Numbered from the stretch's first letter, positions 21,607 to 33,613 are shown. The stretch: 64,000 nt of DNA from Planctomycetota bacterium (GCA_016872675.1 VGZG01000007.1:2433-66432); one strand, 5' to 3'. Made by a program: numbers and translations. The notes: generated by a model from the sequence alone, not told the origin.

Positions 21607-24482
21607 GCGAGCGCCTCTTGCCGATCGAGCACGAGCAGGCGCTTGAGCTCGTCATTGCTGAGTTCGGTCAGCCAACTCTCGCCGGCGGCGAGCAGGTTGT
21701 CGGCGACCTCCCGCTTGCGCTCGAGCATCGTCTGGATGCGCTCTTCGAGCGTGCCGCTGCAGACGAACTTGTGCACGAAGACGTTGCGCTGCTGGCCGAT
21801 GCGGAAGGCGCGGTCGGTCGCCTGGTCCTCCACTGCCGGGTTCCACCAGCGATCGTAGTGGAACACGCGATTGGCGGCCGTGAGGTTGAGGCCCGTGCCG
21901 CCCGCCTTGAGCGACAACACGAACAGCTTCGGGCCGTCTGGGCGCGAGGCCTGGAAGTCGGTGACCATCTGGTCACGCTCCTTCTGCGGCACGCCGCCGT
22001 GCAGGAACAGCACCGGGCCACCGAAGGTGGTCTCGGCGTGCGTCTTGAGCAGCGAGCCCATCTCCTTGAACTGCGTGAAGATCAGGCAGCGGTCGCCCTC
22101 GTCGAGCGCCTCCTCGAGCATCTCGGTTATCAGGTCGAGCTTGCCCGAGCGGCTCGGCAGCGCGCTGCCGTCCAGCAGGTAGTGTGCCGGGTGGTTGCAC
22201 ACCTGCTTGAGGCGCAGCAGCGTCGTGAGGATCGCGCCGCGGCGATGGATGCCCTCGGCGGCCTTCTCGACCTCCTGCAGGCCCTTGCGAACAACGGACT
22301 CGTAGAGGATCGCCTGCTCGCGCGAGAGCGTCGCGGTGACGATCTGCTCGGTCTTCTCCGGCAGGTCAGCGACGATCTCCGGGTCGGTCTTGAGGCGGCG
22401 CAGCACGAACGGCCGCACCAACCGCGCCAGCGCCGACATCGAACCCTGCCGACGCTGCTTGACGATCGGATGCTCAAGCGTTTGCAGGAACTGCGTGCGC
22501 GAGCCGAGCAGGCCTTCGTTGAGGAAGTCCATGATCGACCACAGGTCGAGTGGACGGTTCTCGAGCGGCGTGCCGGTCAGCGCGAGGCGGAAGTGGCCGC
22601 GCAGCGTGCGGGCGACCTTCGACTGGCGCGTTGTCGGGTTCTTGATGTTCTGCGCCTCGTCGAGCACGACGCCGTCGAAGGTCACGTCCTGCATGACCTC
22701 CTCGTCGCGCTGCAGCAGGTTGTAGCTGGTGAGGATGATGTCGCAGCCGCGGAGGGCGCTGCGGAAGTCCTCGCCGGTCTCGGCGCGACCCTTGCCGTGG
22801 TGCATCAGCACGCGCAGGTGCGGCGCGAAGCGGTTGAGCTCGCGACGCCAGTTGCCCAGCACGGAGACCGGGCACACGATCATGATCGCGTTGGCGTCCT
22901 TGCGCTGGCGGCGCCAGTCAATCATCACCGCGATTGCTTGGACGGTCTTGCCAAGGCCCATGTCGTCGGCGAGGCAGGCGCCGAAGCCCTGGTCGACGAG
23001 GTAGTGCATCCAGGCGTGGCCGCGCGATTGGTACGGGCGCAACTCGCCGACGAACTCGCTCGGCAGGGGCAGGTTTTCGACGACGCGAGCATGCTCGAGG
23101 TTCTGCAGTAGCGCCTCCAGACGCGGCGAGCTGGCGACGGACTCCATCGCCAGCCCGTGCAGATGCGATGCGCCGCCCAGGCGCAGGCGCAGCGCTTCGA
23201 AGAAGCTGATGCGCTCGCCGCCTTCCTCCATGCGCGCCTTGAAGTCCTTGATCGCCTCGCGGTCCTTCGGCGACAGCAGCACGGGGCGGCGGTCGATGAA
23301 GATGAGCGGAGTCTTTGCTTCGACGAGCTGGTCGAACTCGGACTGGGTCAGCTCCTTGTCGCCGACGGCAAGGCTCCAGCGGAACTCGAACCACGGCCGC
23401 GGCTCGTCCTGCGTGCCCTTGCCCTCGACGATGGCAACGCGCGCCGACAGGCGCTGCATCGCCTCGACACCGGGCAACTGCAGCTCGAAGCCCTCGCTCT
23501 CGAGCAGCGGCATGTGGTCGAGGATCTGGTCGAGTTCGGCGCGGGTCAGGCTGGCGCGGCCATCGCTAAGGTTGCGGGCGCGGCGCAACGCCGGCATGCG
23601 CTCGGCGACGCGCTCAATGGTCTGCTCGACCCTGACGAGGTTGTCGACGGCGATCTCGTTGCGGAACGGCGACGCCGCGAGGCGCTGGTGCAGGCTCTCG
23701 ACAGTCTCGGTGAACGGCACCGTCGGGATCGGGCGGACCAGGATCTGCAGGCCCCACGGCACGCCTTCCTCGAGCGGCTTGTCCGGGACCAGGATCTCGA
23801 TCACCGGCACGATCGGCGTCTGCCAGTACTCCTTGGGCAGGCGCTCGGCCTTGGCGAAACCCGGCTTCGGCGCATCGCCGCTCGCCGCCGCGGCCACGAC
23901 GACTTGGTCGAGCGCGTGGCCGACGAAGCTGACCAGGAGGTTGCGCTGCGAGACGGCGTAGACTGGGTCGTCGGGCACCGCGAAGCGCGCCGTGCACAGA
24001 GAACCGGGCACAAGGTCGGCGACGCCGGCCATCACCCATTGCGTATCGGTGGCCCAGTGCGGCGCCCATTGCAGCACGCCCGGCTGTGGCGCTGGCGCGA
24101 AGTCGCCGCGGGCGATCATGCGCAGCACGAGTTGGCTGGCGGCCGACAGCGCGCGCAGGGCGGCCGGCTGCCTCTGCGCGTCGAGCGACGCGAGCCAGGG
24201 AATCGCTGCAGCCAGCGGCAGCGACCGCGCTGGGACGGTCCACAAGGCCGGCGCGATGCGAGCCGGCGGCCGCTCCTCGTCGTCGTCGCCGGCGGCGCCG
24301 ACCAGGACCACGGGGCGCAGGGTCGAGTCCTCGACCGGGATCAGGATCTGCAGTTCGACCGGCTCGAGCAGGGCCCGCAGAGCGGCGGGCAAGATTTCGC
24401 CAATCCCAGCGGCCCCGTCGTCGGACCACAGGGCGATCCGCGCGTCGGCGGGCTGCCGGGAGTGCAGGTAGGCGGCGTGCAG
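21603..24482 (-). CDS. SNF2/Rad54-family helicase (Sso1653-like)
   Basis: 'LRPYQ', 'LADDMGLGKT', 'DEAQNIKN', 'LTGTPLEN', 'SGKL', 'KAGGTGLNLTAA', 'WWNPAVEDQATDRAFRIGQ'; frame is open upstream of TTG 24392 to CTG 24482 (start uncertain). Confidence 0.92.
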   Translation of the reverse strand: MHAAYLHSRQPADARIALWSDDGAAGIGEILPAALRALLEPVELQILIPVEDSTLRPVVLVGAAGDDDEERPPARIAPALWTVPARSLPLAAAIPWLASLDAQRQPAALRALSAASQLVLRMIARGDFAPAPQPGVLQWAPHWATDTQWVMAGVADLVPGSLCTARFAVPDDPVYAVSQRNLLVSFVGHALDQVVVAAAASGDAPKPGFAKAERLPKEYWQTPIVPVIEILVPDKPLEEGVPWGLQILVRPIPTVPFTETVESLHQRLAASPFRNEIAVDNLVRVEQTIERVAERMPALRRARNLSDGRASLTRAELDQILDHMPLLESEGFELQLPGVEAMQRLSARVAIVEGKGTQDEPRPWFEFRWSLAVGDKELTQSEFDQLVEAKTPLIFIDRRPVLLSPKDREAIKDFKARMEEGGERISFFEALRLRLGGASHLHGLAMESVASSPRLEALLQNLEHARVVENLPLPSEFVGELRPYQSRGHAWMHYLVDQGFGACLADDMGLGKTVQAIAVMIDWRRQRKDANAIMIVCPVSVLGNWRRELNRFAPHLRVLMHHGKGRAETGEDFRSALRGCDIILTSYNLLQRDEEVMQDVTFDGVVLDEAQNIKNPTTRQSKVARTLRGHFRLALTGTPLENRPLDLWSIMDFLNEGLLGSRTQFLQTLEHPIVKQRRQGSMSALARLVRPFVLRRLKTDPEIVADLPEKTEQIVTATLSREQAILYESVVRKGLQEVEKAAEGIHRRGAILTTLLRLKQVCNHPAHYLLDGSALPSRSGKLDLITEMLEEALDEGDRCLIFTQFKEMGSLLKTHAETTFGGPVLFLHGGVPQKERDQMVTDFQASRPDGPKLFVLSLKAGGTGLNLTAANRVFHYDRWWNPAVEDQATDRAFRIGQQRNVFVHKFVCSGTLEERIQTMLERKREVADNLLAAGESWLTELSNDELKRLLVLDRQEALA

Positions 24483-24483
24483 C

Positions 24484-24894
24484 TTAGTGCTTCTCGGACA
24501 TCGCCGGCTTGGGGTACGCCCACTCCTTGGAGACCTTCGCCTTCGTCGCGTGCATTGGATGGTCGATGCGACGCGTCGCCTGGTCGGCGAGCGTGAAGAT
24601 GAACAGCAGCGAGAGGAACAGGAAGGAGCTGAGGAAGACGATCTTGTTGATCGCCGTGTCCCACTTCATGTGCATGAAGAACAGGATCACGAGGCTGGCC
24701 TTGACGCTCGCGATCAACATCGCGATCAGCATGTTGGCCGGGCCGAAGTCGATGCGCGACGCGATGACCGTGACCGCCGTCAGGATCAGCAGCACGATCA
24801 GCACGTTCGTGAACATCGCGCTGCTGGAGACGTGGTGGTGCCCCATCTGGAGCTCACCGTGTCCGTGACTATCGTTGTGGGCGTGAGCGCTCAT
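24484..24894 (-). CDS. ctaF: Cytochrome c oxidase subunit IV (caa3-type)
   Basis: 'IASVKASLVILFFMHMKWD' COX4_pro motif; ATG 24894 overlaps the subunit III stop. Confidence 0.85.
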   Translation of the reverse strand: MSAHAHNDSHGHGELQMGHHHVSSSAMFTNVLIVLLILTAVTVIASRIDFGPANMLIAMLIASVKASLVILFFMHMKWDTAINKIVFLSSFLFLSLLFIFTLADQATRRIDHPMHATKAKVSKEWAYPKPAMSEKH

Positions 24895-25655
24895 CAGGGC
24901 ACCAGGTACAGCAGTGGGAAGAGGAAGATCCAGATCAGGTCGACGAGGTGCCAGTACAGGCCCACGAGGTCGACCGGCAGGTAGTAGCCGGCGTGGAAGC
25001 GGCCCTTGGCGACGCCCTTCATGATCCAGAGGATCAGACCGGCGCCGATGATGACGTGCAGGCCGTGGATGGCCGTCATCGTCACATAGATGGCGAAGAA
25101 CAGGTGGCCGTGCAGCAGCGGCGCGCCAGTCTCGTCGACCATGACGTTGTGCACGTCCGTGAACCAGGCCAGCGACCCGGCGTTGGACGACCCGTCGACC
25201 TGGTAGTTGTCGAACATGTGTGGGAACACGAACAGCCCGTGCTCGGTCTTCGCCTTGTACTCGAAGAACTTGATGACCATGAAGATCACGGCGCCCAGCA
25301 CTGTGAGCGCGCAGAACAGCATGGTCTTCTGCTTCTGGCTGGTCTGCGCCGAACGCACGCCCATGGCCATCGTCCACGAGCTGAGCAGCAGCACCGAGGT
25401 GTTGACGGCGCCGAGCTTCCAGTCGAGCTGTTGGCCGCCGACCCTGAAGGTCTCCGGGTACAGGTCGTGGTAGTAGAAGTACGCCGCGAAGAGCCCGCCG
25501 AAGAGCAGGATTTCCGTCGCCAGAAACAGCCAGAAGCCGAGCTTGGCCGACTGGAACTCCTGCACCGGCGTGTCGAAGTGGTGCGCCACCGTGTGGGGAA
25601 CGAACTCGGGTCCCGGCGCCGGGATCACTACCGAGTGGTGACCGTCGTGACTCAT
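24894..25655 (-). CDS. ctaE: Cytochrome c oxidase subunit III
   Basis: 'GFWLFLATEILLFGGLFAAY', 'NTSVLLLSS', 'HGLHV', 'YWHLVDLIWIFLFPLLY'. Confidence 0.93.
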   Translation of the reverse strand: MSHDGHHSVVIPAPGPEFVPHTVAHHFDTPVQEFQSAKLGFWLFLATEILLFGGLFAAYFYYHDLYPETFRVGGQQLDWKLGAVNTSVLLLSSWTMAMGVRSAQTSQKQKTMLFCALTVLGAVIFMVIKFFEYKAKTEHGLFVFPHMFDNYQVDGSSNAGSLAWFTDVHNVMVDETGAPLLHGHLFFAIYVTMTAIHGLHVIIGAGLILWIMKGVAKGRFHAGYYLPVDLVGLYWHLVDLIWIFLFPLLYLVP

Positions 25656-25704
25656 CGTGGGTACCTGTAGCGGCGTGGCTTGAAGGAGGGGCAGCGGTCG
25701 CAGA

Positions 25705-27360
25705 TCAGCCGATGGGCGTCTGCGTCGACTTGAGGTCCAGCGTGGAGTAGTCGTAGACCTCGGTCGTGACCTTCGGCGCGTGCGCGAAGTTCTCGAGCGG
25801 CGGCGGCGTGGGCGTCAGCCAGTCGAGCGTCACGCCGCCCCATTGGTTCTGCATCGCCTTCTTGCCGATGAACAGCGAGGCGACGAGGTAGGAGACCATC
25901 AGCGCGACGCCCGAGCCGAGGATGATCGCGCCGACCGTCGATGCGCTGTGGTAGGGCTGGAACTCCGGCACGTACGTCGCGTAGCGGCGCGGCATGCCCT
26001 GGCTGCCCATCTCGAACTGCGGCAGGAAGGTCACGTTGAAGCCGACGAAGATCGTCACGCAAGCGATCTTGGCCAGCGTCTCGTTGTACATCACGCCGAA
26101 CATCTTCGGCCACCAGTGGTGCAGACCGGCGAAGAACGCCAGCGCGATCGAGCCCATCATCACGTAGTGGAAGTGCGCAACGACGAAGTACGTGTCGTGT
26201 AGGTGCAGGTCGACGTTGAGCGCGCCGAGGATGACGCCCGTCAGGCCGCCGATCGCGAAGATGATCAGGAAGGCCAGCGTGTAGAGCATCGGCGAGTTGA
26301 GCGCGATCGAACCCTTCCAGATCGTCGCGACCCAGCTGAACTCCTTGATCGCGGTCGGGATCGCCACGAAGAACGTCAAGAACGAGAACGCGAACATCGC
26401 GTACGTCGACTGGCCCGACGTGAACATGTGGTGGCCCCACACGAGGAAGCTGATGATCGCGATTGCCAGTGAGCTGAACGCGATCAGCTTGTAGCCGAAC
26501 AGCGGCTTGCGGCTGTGGACCGACACCAGCTCGCTGATGATGCCGAAGGCCGGCAGCACCATGATGTAGACGGCCGGGTGGCTGTAGAACCAGAAGAAGT
26601 GCTCGAACAGCACCGGGTCGCCGCCCAGCCGCGGATCGAAGATGCCGATGTGGTAGAGGCGCTCGAACGCCACCAGCAGCACCGTGATGCCGAGCACCGG
26701 CGTCGCCAGCACCTGCAGCAGCGCCGTCGCGTACAGCGCCCAGACGAACAGCGGCATGCGGAACCACGTCAGGCCGGGCGCGCGCAGCTTGTGCGTCGTG
26801 ACGATGAAGTTGAGGCCCGTGAAGATCGAGCTGAAGCCCAGCAGGAATATGCCGAGGCCGATCGTGACGACCGCCTTGTTCGTGTACAGGCTGTATGGGG
26901 CGTAGAACGTCCAGCCGGTGTCGAAGCCGCCGAGCACGATGGCGAGCGCCGCGAGCACAGCGCCCATGACCCACAGGTAGAAGCTCAGCAGATTGAGGCG
27001 CGGCAGCGCCACATCCTTCGCGCCGAGCATCAGCGGCAGGATCATGTTGCCCAGCGAGCCCGGGATCGCCGGGATCACGAAGAGGAACACCATGAACGCC
27101 CCGTGCAACGTGAAGATCTCGTTGTACTGGTCGTTGGTGAACAGCATGCCGTTCGGCTCCCAGAGGTGCAGGCGCACCAGCAGGGCGAACAGGCCGCCCG
27201 CGAGGAACGCGAGGCCCGTGCCGATCAGGTACATGATGCCGATGCGCTTGTGGTCGAGGGTGCCGGCCCAAGACCAGAAGCCGCTGCTGCAGTTCAGGTA
27301 GTTCTTCGGCTGCTCCGACTTCGCCTTCTGCGTGTCCAGGATGGGTGCGTGCGTGGTCAT
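25705..27360 (-). CDS. ctaD: Cytochrome c oxidase subunit I, A2-type heme-copper oxidase
   Basis: 'DHKRIG', 'TLHG', 'GWTFYAP', A2 signature 'YSHPAVY', 'WGHH', 'AHFH', 'GMPRRY'. Confidence 0.97.
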   Translation of the reverse strand: MTTHAPILDTQKAKSEQPKNYLNCSSGFWSWAGTLDHKRIGIMYLIGTGLAFLAGGLFALLVRLHLWEPNGMLFTNDQYNEIFTLHGAFMVFLFVIPAIPGSLGNMILPLMLGAKDVALPRLNLLSFYLWVMGAVLAALAIVLGGFDTGWTFYAPYSLYTNKAVVTIGLGIFLLGFSSIFTGLNFIVTTHKLRAPGLTWFRMPLFVWALYATALLQVLATPVLGITVLLVAFERLYHIGIFDPRLGGDPVLFEHFFWFYSHPAVYIMVLPAFGIISELVSVHSRKPLFGYKLIAFSSLAIAIISFLVWGHHMFTSGQSTYAMFAFSFLTFFVAIPTAIKEFSWVATIWKGSIALNSPMLYTLAFLIIFAIGGLTGVILGALNVDLHLHDTYFVVAHFHYVMMGSIALAFFAGLHHWWPKMFGVMYNETLAKIACVTIFVGFNVTFLPQFEMGSQGMPRRYATYVPEFQPYHSASTVGAIILGSGVALMVSYLVASLFIGKKAMQNQWGGVTLDWLTPTPPPLENFAHAPKVTTEVYDYSTLDLKSTQTPIG

Positions 27361-27367
27361 GGGTGTC

Positions 27368-28432
27368 TCACTGAGCCAACGACTTCATGTACTCGATGAC
27401 CGCATTGAGCTCGCGATCGCTGAGCTTGTCGGGGCCGAAGGCGTTCATGTTGGCCTTCGCGGCGAAGTCCGCCGCCAGCTTGGCGAGCGGCATCCGGATG
27501 GATTCCCTGATGTAGGCCTCGTCGGCGACGACGGTCTTGGCCTGACCGTTCTCGACGACCTGGCGCGCGCGACCGACGACGTTGCCGTCCTTCTTGGTGA
27601 ACAGGCCCTTGTCGCCGCCCCAGCTCGGGGCAAGGACCGACTGACCGTTGACCGTGTGGCACGCCGAGCACAGCGCCTTGTAGATGTTCTCGCCGCTCTT
27701 TGCTGCCAACGCCGGGGTGCTGTCGTCGAACGTGTTCCACGGCGCCTTGGCGAACTCCTCGGCCGTGACGACGTGCACCTTGGCGTACATTTGCGAGTGC
27801 TGCTCGCCGCAGTACTCGGCGCAGAAGAGGTGGAACTCGCCGCACTGCGTCGGCGTGAACCAGACCGTCTGGTAGCGGCCCGGGACCACGTCGCGCTTGA
27901 CGCGCATCGACGGGATGTAGAACGCGTGCAGCACGTCCTCGGACTCGAGCAGGAACTGCGCCGGCTTGTCGACCTCGAGCCAGACCGCGCCGCTGCTCTT
28001 CACCGGGTGGTTCGGGTACGTGAACGTCCAGTTCCACTGCATGGCCGTCGCCTTGTAGGTGTTCTGGCTGGCGGCCTGCGGCACCGTCGTCATGTCGAGG
28101 CAGCCCTTGAAGCCCCACGCGAACATGACCATCACGATGATCAGCGGGATCACGGTCCAGACGACCTCGAGCGGCGTGTTGTGCGTCGTGTTGGACGCCG
28201 GCGGCTGGTCGAAGGTCTTCCGGCGGTACTTGACCACCGAGAAGAGCAGCACACCCAGGATGAGGACGAAGAAGAAGATGCAGACCGCGTACGTGAAGTA
28301 GAACAGCCCGTCGACGTGGTCGAACGTGCTGGCCAGCTTCGGCAGCTGGCCGTAGGCGTCGAGCTCGGGCTTCGGGGCGCGGCTAAGCGCGGCCGCTGCC
28401 TTCGCTGGATCCTGGATCAGTTGGGCGAGCAC
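27368..28432 (-). CDS. ctaC: Cytochrome c oxidase subunit II with fused C-terminal cytochrome c
   Basis: 'LEVVWTVIP', 'DVLHAFY', CuA motif '[12 protein letters not shown]', heme motif 'CSACH'. Confidence 0.95.
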   Translation of the reverse strand: MLAQLIQDPAKAAAALSRAPKPELDAYGQLPKLASTFDHVDGLFYFTYAVCIFFFVLILGVLLFSVVKYRRKTFDQPPASNTTHNTPLEVVWTVIPLIIVMVMFAWGFKGCLDMTTVPQAASQNTYKATAMQWNWTFTYPNHPVKSSGAVWLEVDKPAQFLLESEDVLHAFYIPSMRVKRDVVPGRYQTVWFTPTQCGEFHLFCAEYCGEQHSQMYAKVHVVTAEEFAKAPWNTFDDSTPALAAKSGENIYKALCSACHTVNGQSVLAPSWGGDKGLFTKKDGNVVGRARQVVENGQAKTVVADEAYIRESIRMPLAKLAADFAAKANMNAFGPDKLSDRELNAVIEYMKSLAQ

Positions 28433-28472
28433 TTTAGGTACCTCAGTCGGGGCGGTGGGTTGGTTCTTGGGG

Positions 28473-29294
28473 TCAGGCGACGGCCGGCGTGGTCTGCCGC
28501 CGCTCGCGCCGCAGCATGACCCAGATCATCACGGCGAGCGCCACCAGGGTGACGGCGCCGGCGATCCGCATGAGCGTCATCGCTGCGAGGGAATACGTGT
28601 TGGTCTTGGCGTCGAAGGTCAGGCAGTTGAGCCGGACCTGGTCCCAGAAGGTGCCGAGCGCGCCGCCGCTCGCTTCGACGATGGCGAGGCGCACGTCGCT
28701 GGGATCGAACGCGGTGTTGACGATGATGCGGCTGACCTTGCCCTCGGGGGTGAGCACGATCAGCGACGGCGGGTGCGCGAACTGGCCGGTGGCGGTCGAC
28801 CAGTAGAAGCGGAAGCCCATCTGGTCGGCGAGACGCTTGGTGCTGGCCTCGTCGCCGACGAGCACGCGCCACGCGTCGTCGCCGCCGGTCTTGCGCAGGC
28901 GCGGCAGGTAGGACTGCTTGCGCGCCTTGGCCATCTCCGGCGTCTCCTTCGGGTCGATGGAGACGTTGAGCACGCGGTAGTGCTCGCCGGGCTGCAGGTC
29001 GACGTCGCTGAGCGCCGCGAAGGCGGCGTCGAGCACCTGCCCGCACATCGCCGGGCAGCTGTAGTAGCCGAGCAGCAGCACGACCGGCTGCTTGCCGGGG
29101 AACCACTGCTTGAGGTCGAACGGATAGCCGCGCTCGTCGGTGAACTTCAGCGCGGCGTCGATCTGCGCGCCGATCACGTCCACCTGCGATGCCGCCTCTT
29201 CCTTGCTGTCCATAGCCCGCGACGGCGCGTGCGCCGGCCCCTGAGCGGCGAGGCTCGCGGTCGCGATCAGCAGGCTGAAGAAGACGGCGCGCAT
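28473..29294 (-). CDS. SCO1/SenC-family copper chaperone
   Basis: CxxxC 'CPAMC', conserved His 'QFAHP', signal peptide and C-terminal TM helix. Confidence 0.88.
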   Translation of the reverse strand: MRAVFFSLLIATASLAAQGPAHAPSRAMDSKEEAASQVDVIGAQIDAALKFTDERGYPFDLKQWFPGKQPVVLLLGYYSCPAMCGQVLDAAFAALSDVDLQPGEHYRVLNVSIDPKETPEMAKARKQSYLPRLRKTGGDDAWRVLVGDEASTKRLADQMGFRFYWSTATGQFAHPPSLIVLTPEGKVSRIIVNTAFDPSDVRLAIVEASGGALGTFWDQVRLNCLTFDAKTNTYSLAAMTLMRIAGAVTLVALAVMIWVMLRRERRQTTPAVA

Positions 29295-29305
29295 GTCAGG
29301 TCACT

Positions 29306-29620
29306 TCACTTGCGGAGGCCGTCGACGACGGTCTGGATGTTCTTCTTGCTCGGGTTCTCGCCGTTCAGGAAGGCGTTCTCCGCCTTCATGGCCGCATCGA
29401 ATTCGTCGTTCGGCGCGAGCGCGACCTTCGTCATGCGCTCCTCGTCGAGGACGCGCACGAAGATCGGGACCATGATCCACAGGGAGAAGAAGGTCACGAA
29501 CGCGCCCGCGACAACCCAGATGGTTGCCGTGCGCGCATCGATCTCGTTCTCGGGGTCGATCGCGACGGCCTTGTGGGTCGCGCCGGGGGCGTGGTCGCCG
29601 TGATGGTGGCTTTGTGCCAT
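29306..29620 (-). CDS. Small single-TM protein, possible accessory ACIII (ActG-position) subunit
   Basis: 104 aa, His-rich N-terminus, one TM helix, located between actF and SCO. Confidence 0.55.
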   Translation of the reverse strand: MAQSHHHGDHAPGATHKAVAIDPENEIDARTATIWVVAGAFVTFFSLWIMVPIFVRVLDEERMTKVALAPNDEFDAAMKAENAFLNGENPSKKNIQTVVDGLRK

Positions 29621-29636
29621 GGGTATGAGCCTCGGG

Positions 29637-30932
29637 TCAGATGTTCTGGAACCGGAGCGACTCGGCGAGCCGCGGATCGCGAACCGGCACCAGGTTGGCG
29701 CGGCGCACGTTCATCAGCGCGATGCCGACGAGCAGCGACAGCAGGCCGACGTAGCAACCGAAGTCCGCCCAACCAATCGTGTGCAGGTACTCGCCGAACG
29801 CGTGCCCGAAGCCGCCGTGAGCCGCTTCGCCCGCGGGCGCGGCGTGCTCGCCGTGGCCCATGTTCGGCAGGATCAGGTACTGCATGTCGATGCAGTGGAT
29901 GATCAGCATGAAGGTCGCGCCGAAGGCGAGGCCGAGCGGGTTGCGCTTGACGTGCCGCGACATCAGGAACGCGAACGGGAAGAAGAAGTGGCCGGCGATC
30001 AGCAGCGTGCCGATCGCGCTCCAGCCGTTGTGCGCGCGGTGCTCGTACCACGCGGTCTCTTCTGGCAGGTTCGCATACCAAATCAGCATGTACTGGCTGA
30101 AGTTCGTGTAGGTCCAGAAGACCATGAACGCAAACAGCAGCTTGCCGAGGTCGTGGAAGTGCTCGGTGCTCATCGCGTTGCCGCTGGCGCCGGCGAGGTA
30201 GCCTCTGCTGCCCAACCATCGCGTCAGCAGGATCGTGAAGGCGAAGAACGCCATCACCCCACCGGAGAAGTACGTGATGCCGAAGATCGTGCTGAACCAG
30301 TGCGGGTCCAGCGACATGATCCAGTCGAACGCCGCGAAGGTCGTCGACAGCGCGAACAGCAGCAGGCCCGGGGCCGCGACGCGCGACAGGCGCAGGCTGA
30401 TCGCCGGATCACCGGTCTCGTCCTGCTTGATCGACTGGCTGCGGAAGAACGCGGCGAGGCCGATCCAGATGGCGAAGTAGATCGCCGCGCGGACGAAGAA
30501 GAAGGTGCTGTTGAGCCAGGCGCTCTTGCCGGCGAGGACTTCGTCGCCCGGCTTCGGCTCCATCCAGTGGTGGTAGAGGTCGTGCGAGCCGACCAGCACC
30601 GGGATGAACAGCAGCGCCATCGCAGGCAGCGCGCCGGCGATGTTCTCGGCGATGCGGCGCACCACGACGCTCCAGCCGGCGCGCGTGATGTGCTGCACCA
30701 TCGTGAAGAACAGGGCGCCAAGGCAGATGCCCAGCACGCCCATGTAGCCCACGAGGTAAGCGAAGTAGAAGCTCTTGCCGCCGACGGCAAGCCAGGCGGC
30801 GCCGACGAGGCCGGCGCCGATGGCGAGCAGCGCGAGTTGCGCCTTGGCGAGGTCGCCCTCGCGAACCTTGACGACGAGGTTGGGCGCCAGCTGCTGCAGG
30901 CTCAGGGCGCTTTGGTGTGCGTGTGCGGTCAT
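29637..30932 (-). CDS. actF: Alternative complex III membrane subunit F
   Basis: 'AGWSVVVRR', 'DWIMSLDPHWFSTIFG', 'HDLGKLLFAF', 'FSQYMLIWYANLPEE'. Confidence 0.9.
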   Translation of the reverse strand: MTAHAHQSALSLQQLAPNLVVKVREGDLAKAQLALLAIGAGLVGAAWLAVGGKSFYFAYLVGYMGVLGICLGALFFTMVQHITRAGWSVVVRRIAENIAGALPAMALLFIPVLVGSHDLYHHWMEPKPGDEVLAGKSAWLNSTFFFVRAAIYFAIWIGLAAFFRSQSIKQDETGDPAISLRLSRVAAPGLLLFALSTTFAAFDWIMSLDPHWFSTIFGITYFSGGVMAFFAFTILLTRWLGSRGYLAGASGNAMSTEHFHDLGKLLFAFMVFWTYTNFSQYMLIWYANLPEETAWYEHRAHNGWSAIGTLLIAGHFFFPFAFLMSRHVKRNPLGLAFGATFMLIIHCIDMQYLILPNMGHGEHAAPAGEAAHGGFGHAFGEYLHTIGWADFGCYVGLLSLLVGIALMNVRRANLVPVRDPRLAESLRFQNI

Positions 30933-30963
30933 GTGCCAGAACGCTTGGTTGCGGTTCGCTCGG

Positions 30964-31644
30964 TTACTTGCTCAGGGACTGCAGGGCGCGGACGTAGTGG
31001 ACGATCGCCCACCGGTCCTCGGCCGACAGGCGCGCGCCGTATGCCGGCATCGTGCCCTTGCCGTTGGTGATGACATCGAAGTACTCGCCGTCGCTCAGAT
31101 TGGCGACGCGGTTGTCTTTGCCCTCGCCGGGCTGGAAGTGGAAGTTCGGCACCGCCGCCGGCCAGCGACGGCCGACGAGGCCGTGACCAGTCGGACCGTT
31201 GCCGCCCAGGGCGCTCATGCCGTGGCAGATCGCGCAGAAGATGCCGAAGCGCTCCTTGCCGCGGTCGATGACCGAGACCTCCTTGCCGAGGACGACGAAC
31301 TTGTGGTCGAGCGGCAGCGGGTTGCTCTTCACCCAGTTGCCGGCGGCGTCCTTGTTGGCCAGCGCGGGATTCTCGAGCGAGCCCTGGGCGACGACGATCG
31401 GACGCACGGCCGGCTTGCCGCTCACCTCCATCGCGACTGGGTCGATGATCGGCAGACGCGAGGCGCGGCCGTCCTTCCAGCCGTCGAACTCCGCGGCGCC
31501 CTGGGCGCGCAGCTTGGGCTGGAAGTCCATGTCGAGCACGAGGTGGACGGGCGGGTCCGAGGAGATGCCGCCGCGCATGCAGCTGGCGAGCGCTGGTAGC
31601 AGCGCCAGGGCCAGCAGCGAAGCCTTCGCGAAGAGTCGGTTCAT
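30964..31644 (-). CDS. actE: Alternative complex III monoheme cytochrome c lipoprotein subunit E
   Basis: Lipobox 'LASC', 'DMDFQPK', heme 'CAICH', axial Met 'GTMPAYG', 'DRWAIVHYVRALQ'. Confidence 0.88.
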   Translation of the reverse strand: MNRLFAKASLLALALLPALASCMRGGISSDPPVHLVLDMDFQPKLRAQGAAEFDGWKDGRASRLPIIDPVAMEVSGKPAVRPIVVAQGSLENPALANKDAAGNWVKSNPLPLDHKFVVLGKEVSVIDRGKERFGIFCAICHGMSALGGNGPTGHGLVGRRWPAAVPNFHFQPGEGKDNRVANLSDGEYFDVITNGKGTMPAYGARLSAEDRWAIVHYVRALQSLSK

Positions 31645-31648
31645 CGGG

Positions 31649-32185
31649 TCAGTCCTCCACCACGGCGACGTTCTTGCCGCCGATGCTCTCGAGGAAGCGC
31701 ATGGTCTGCGCGCTGTCGAACTTGGGGTCGGCCGCCTCGATCGACAGGAAGAACCGGTCGGTGGTGACGCGCCAGAAGGTCTTGTGGTTGAAGATCGGGT
31801 GGTGCAGGCGCGGCAGCTTGTTGAGGCCGAACATGCCGAACACCGCCGTGATGCCGGCGAGCAGCACCATCAGCTCGAACGTGATCGGGATCGTCGTCTC
31901 CCACGCGTAGGGCTCCTTGCCGGAGACCCAGATCACGTAGTCGACGCCGTTCATCCACCACATCATCAGCTGCGCGAGGCAGATGCCCGTGATGCCGCCG
32001 CACAGGACCAGCCAGCCGAGCGGGCTCGGGCCCTGCTTGAGGGCCTTGTCGAGCCCGTGCACCGGGAACGGCGTGTGCGCGTCGACGCGGGTGTAGCCAT
32101 GCGCGGTGGCCTTCCCCGCCGCCTGGTAGATGGCGCTGGCCGAGGCGAACTCGGCGATGATGCCCCACTTCTGCGTGTTCGTCAT
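31649..32185 (-). CDS. actD: Alternative complex III subunit D (DUF3341)
   Basis: 'TPFPVHGLD', 'SGK', 'PITFELMVL', 'LPRLHHPIF'. Confidence 0.9.
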   Translation of the reverse strand: MTNTQKWGIIAEFASASAIYQAAGKATAHGYTRVDAHTPFPVHGLDKALKQGPSPLGWLVLCGGITGICLAQLMMWWMNGVDYVIWVSGKEPYAWETTIPITFELMVLLAGITAVFGMFGLNKLPRLHHPIFNHKTFWRVTTDRFFLSIEAADPKFDSAQTMRFLESIGGKNVAVVED

Positions 32186-32195
32186 GGCGTGATCC

Positions 32196-33608
<1,413 letters not shown>

Positions 33609-33613
33609 CGGGG

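Noticed and set aside
20716-24482. SNF2/SWIM pair as an anti-phage system (DISARM, Zorya or BREX type)
   Set aside because: No methylase, nuclease, PglZ or ZorAB partners nearby; it matches the common SWIM-SNF2 pair
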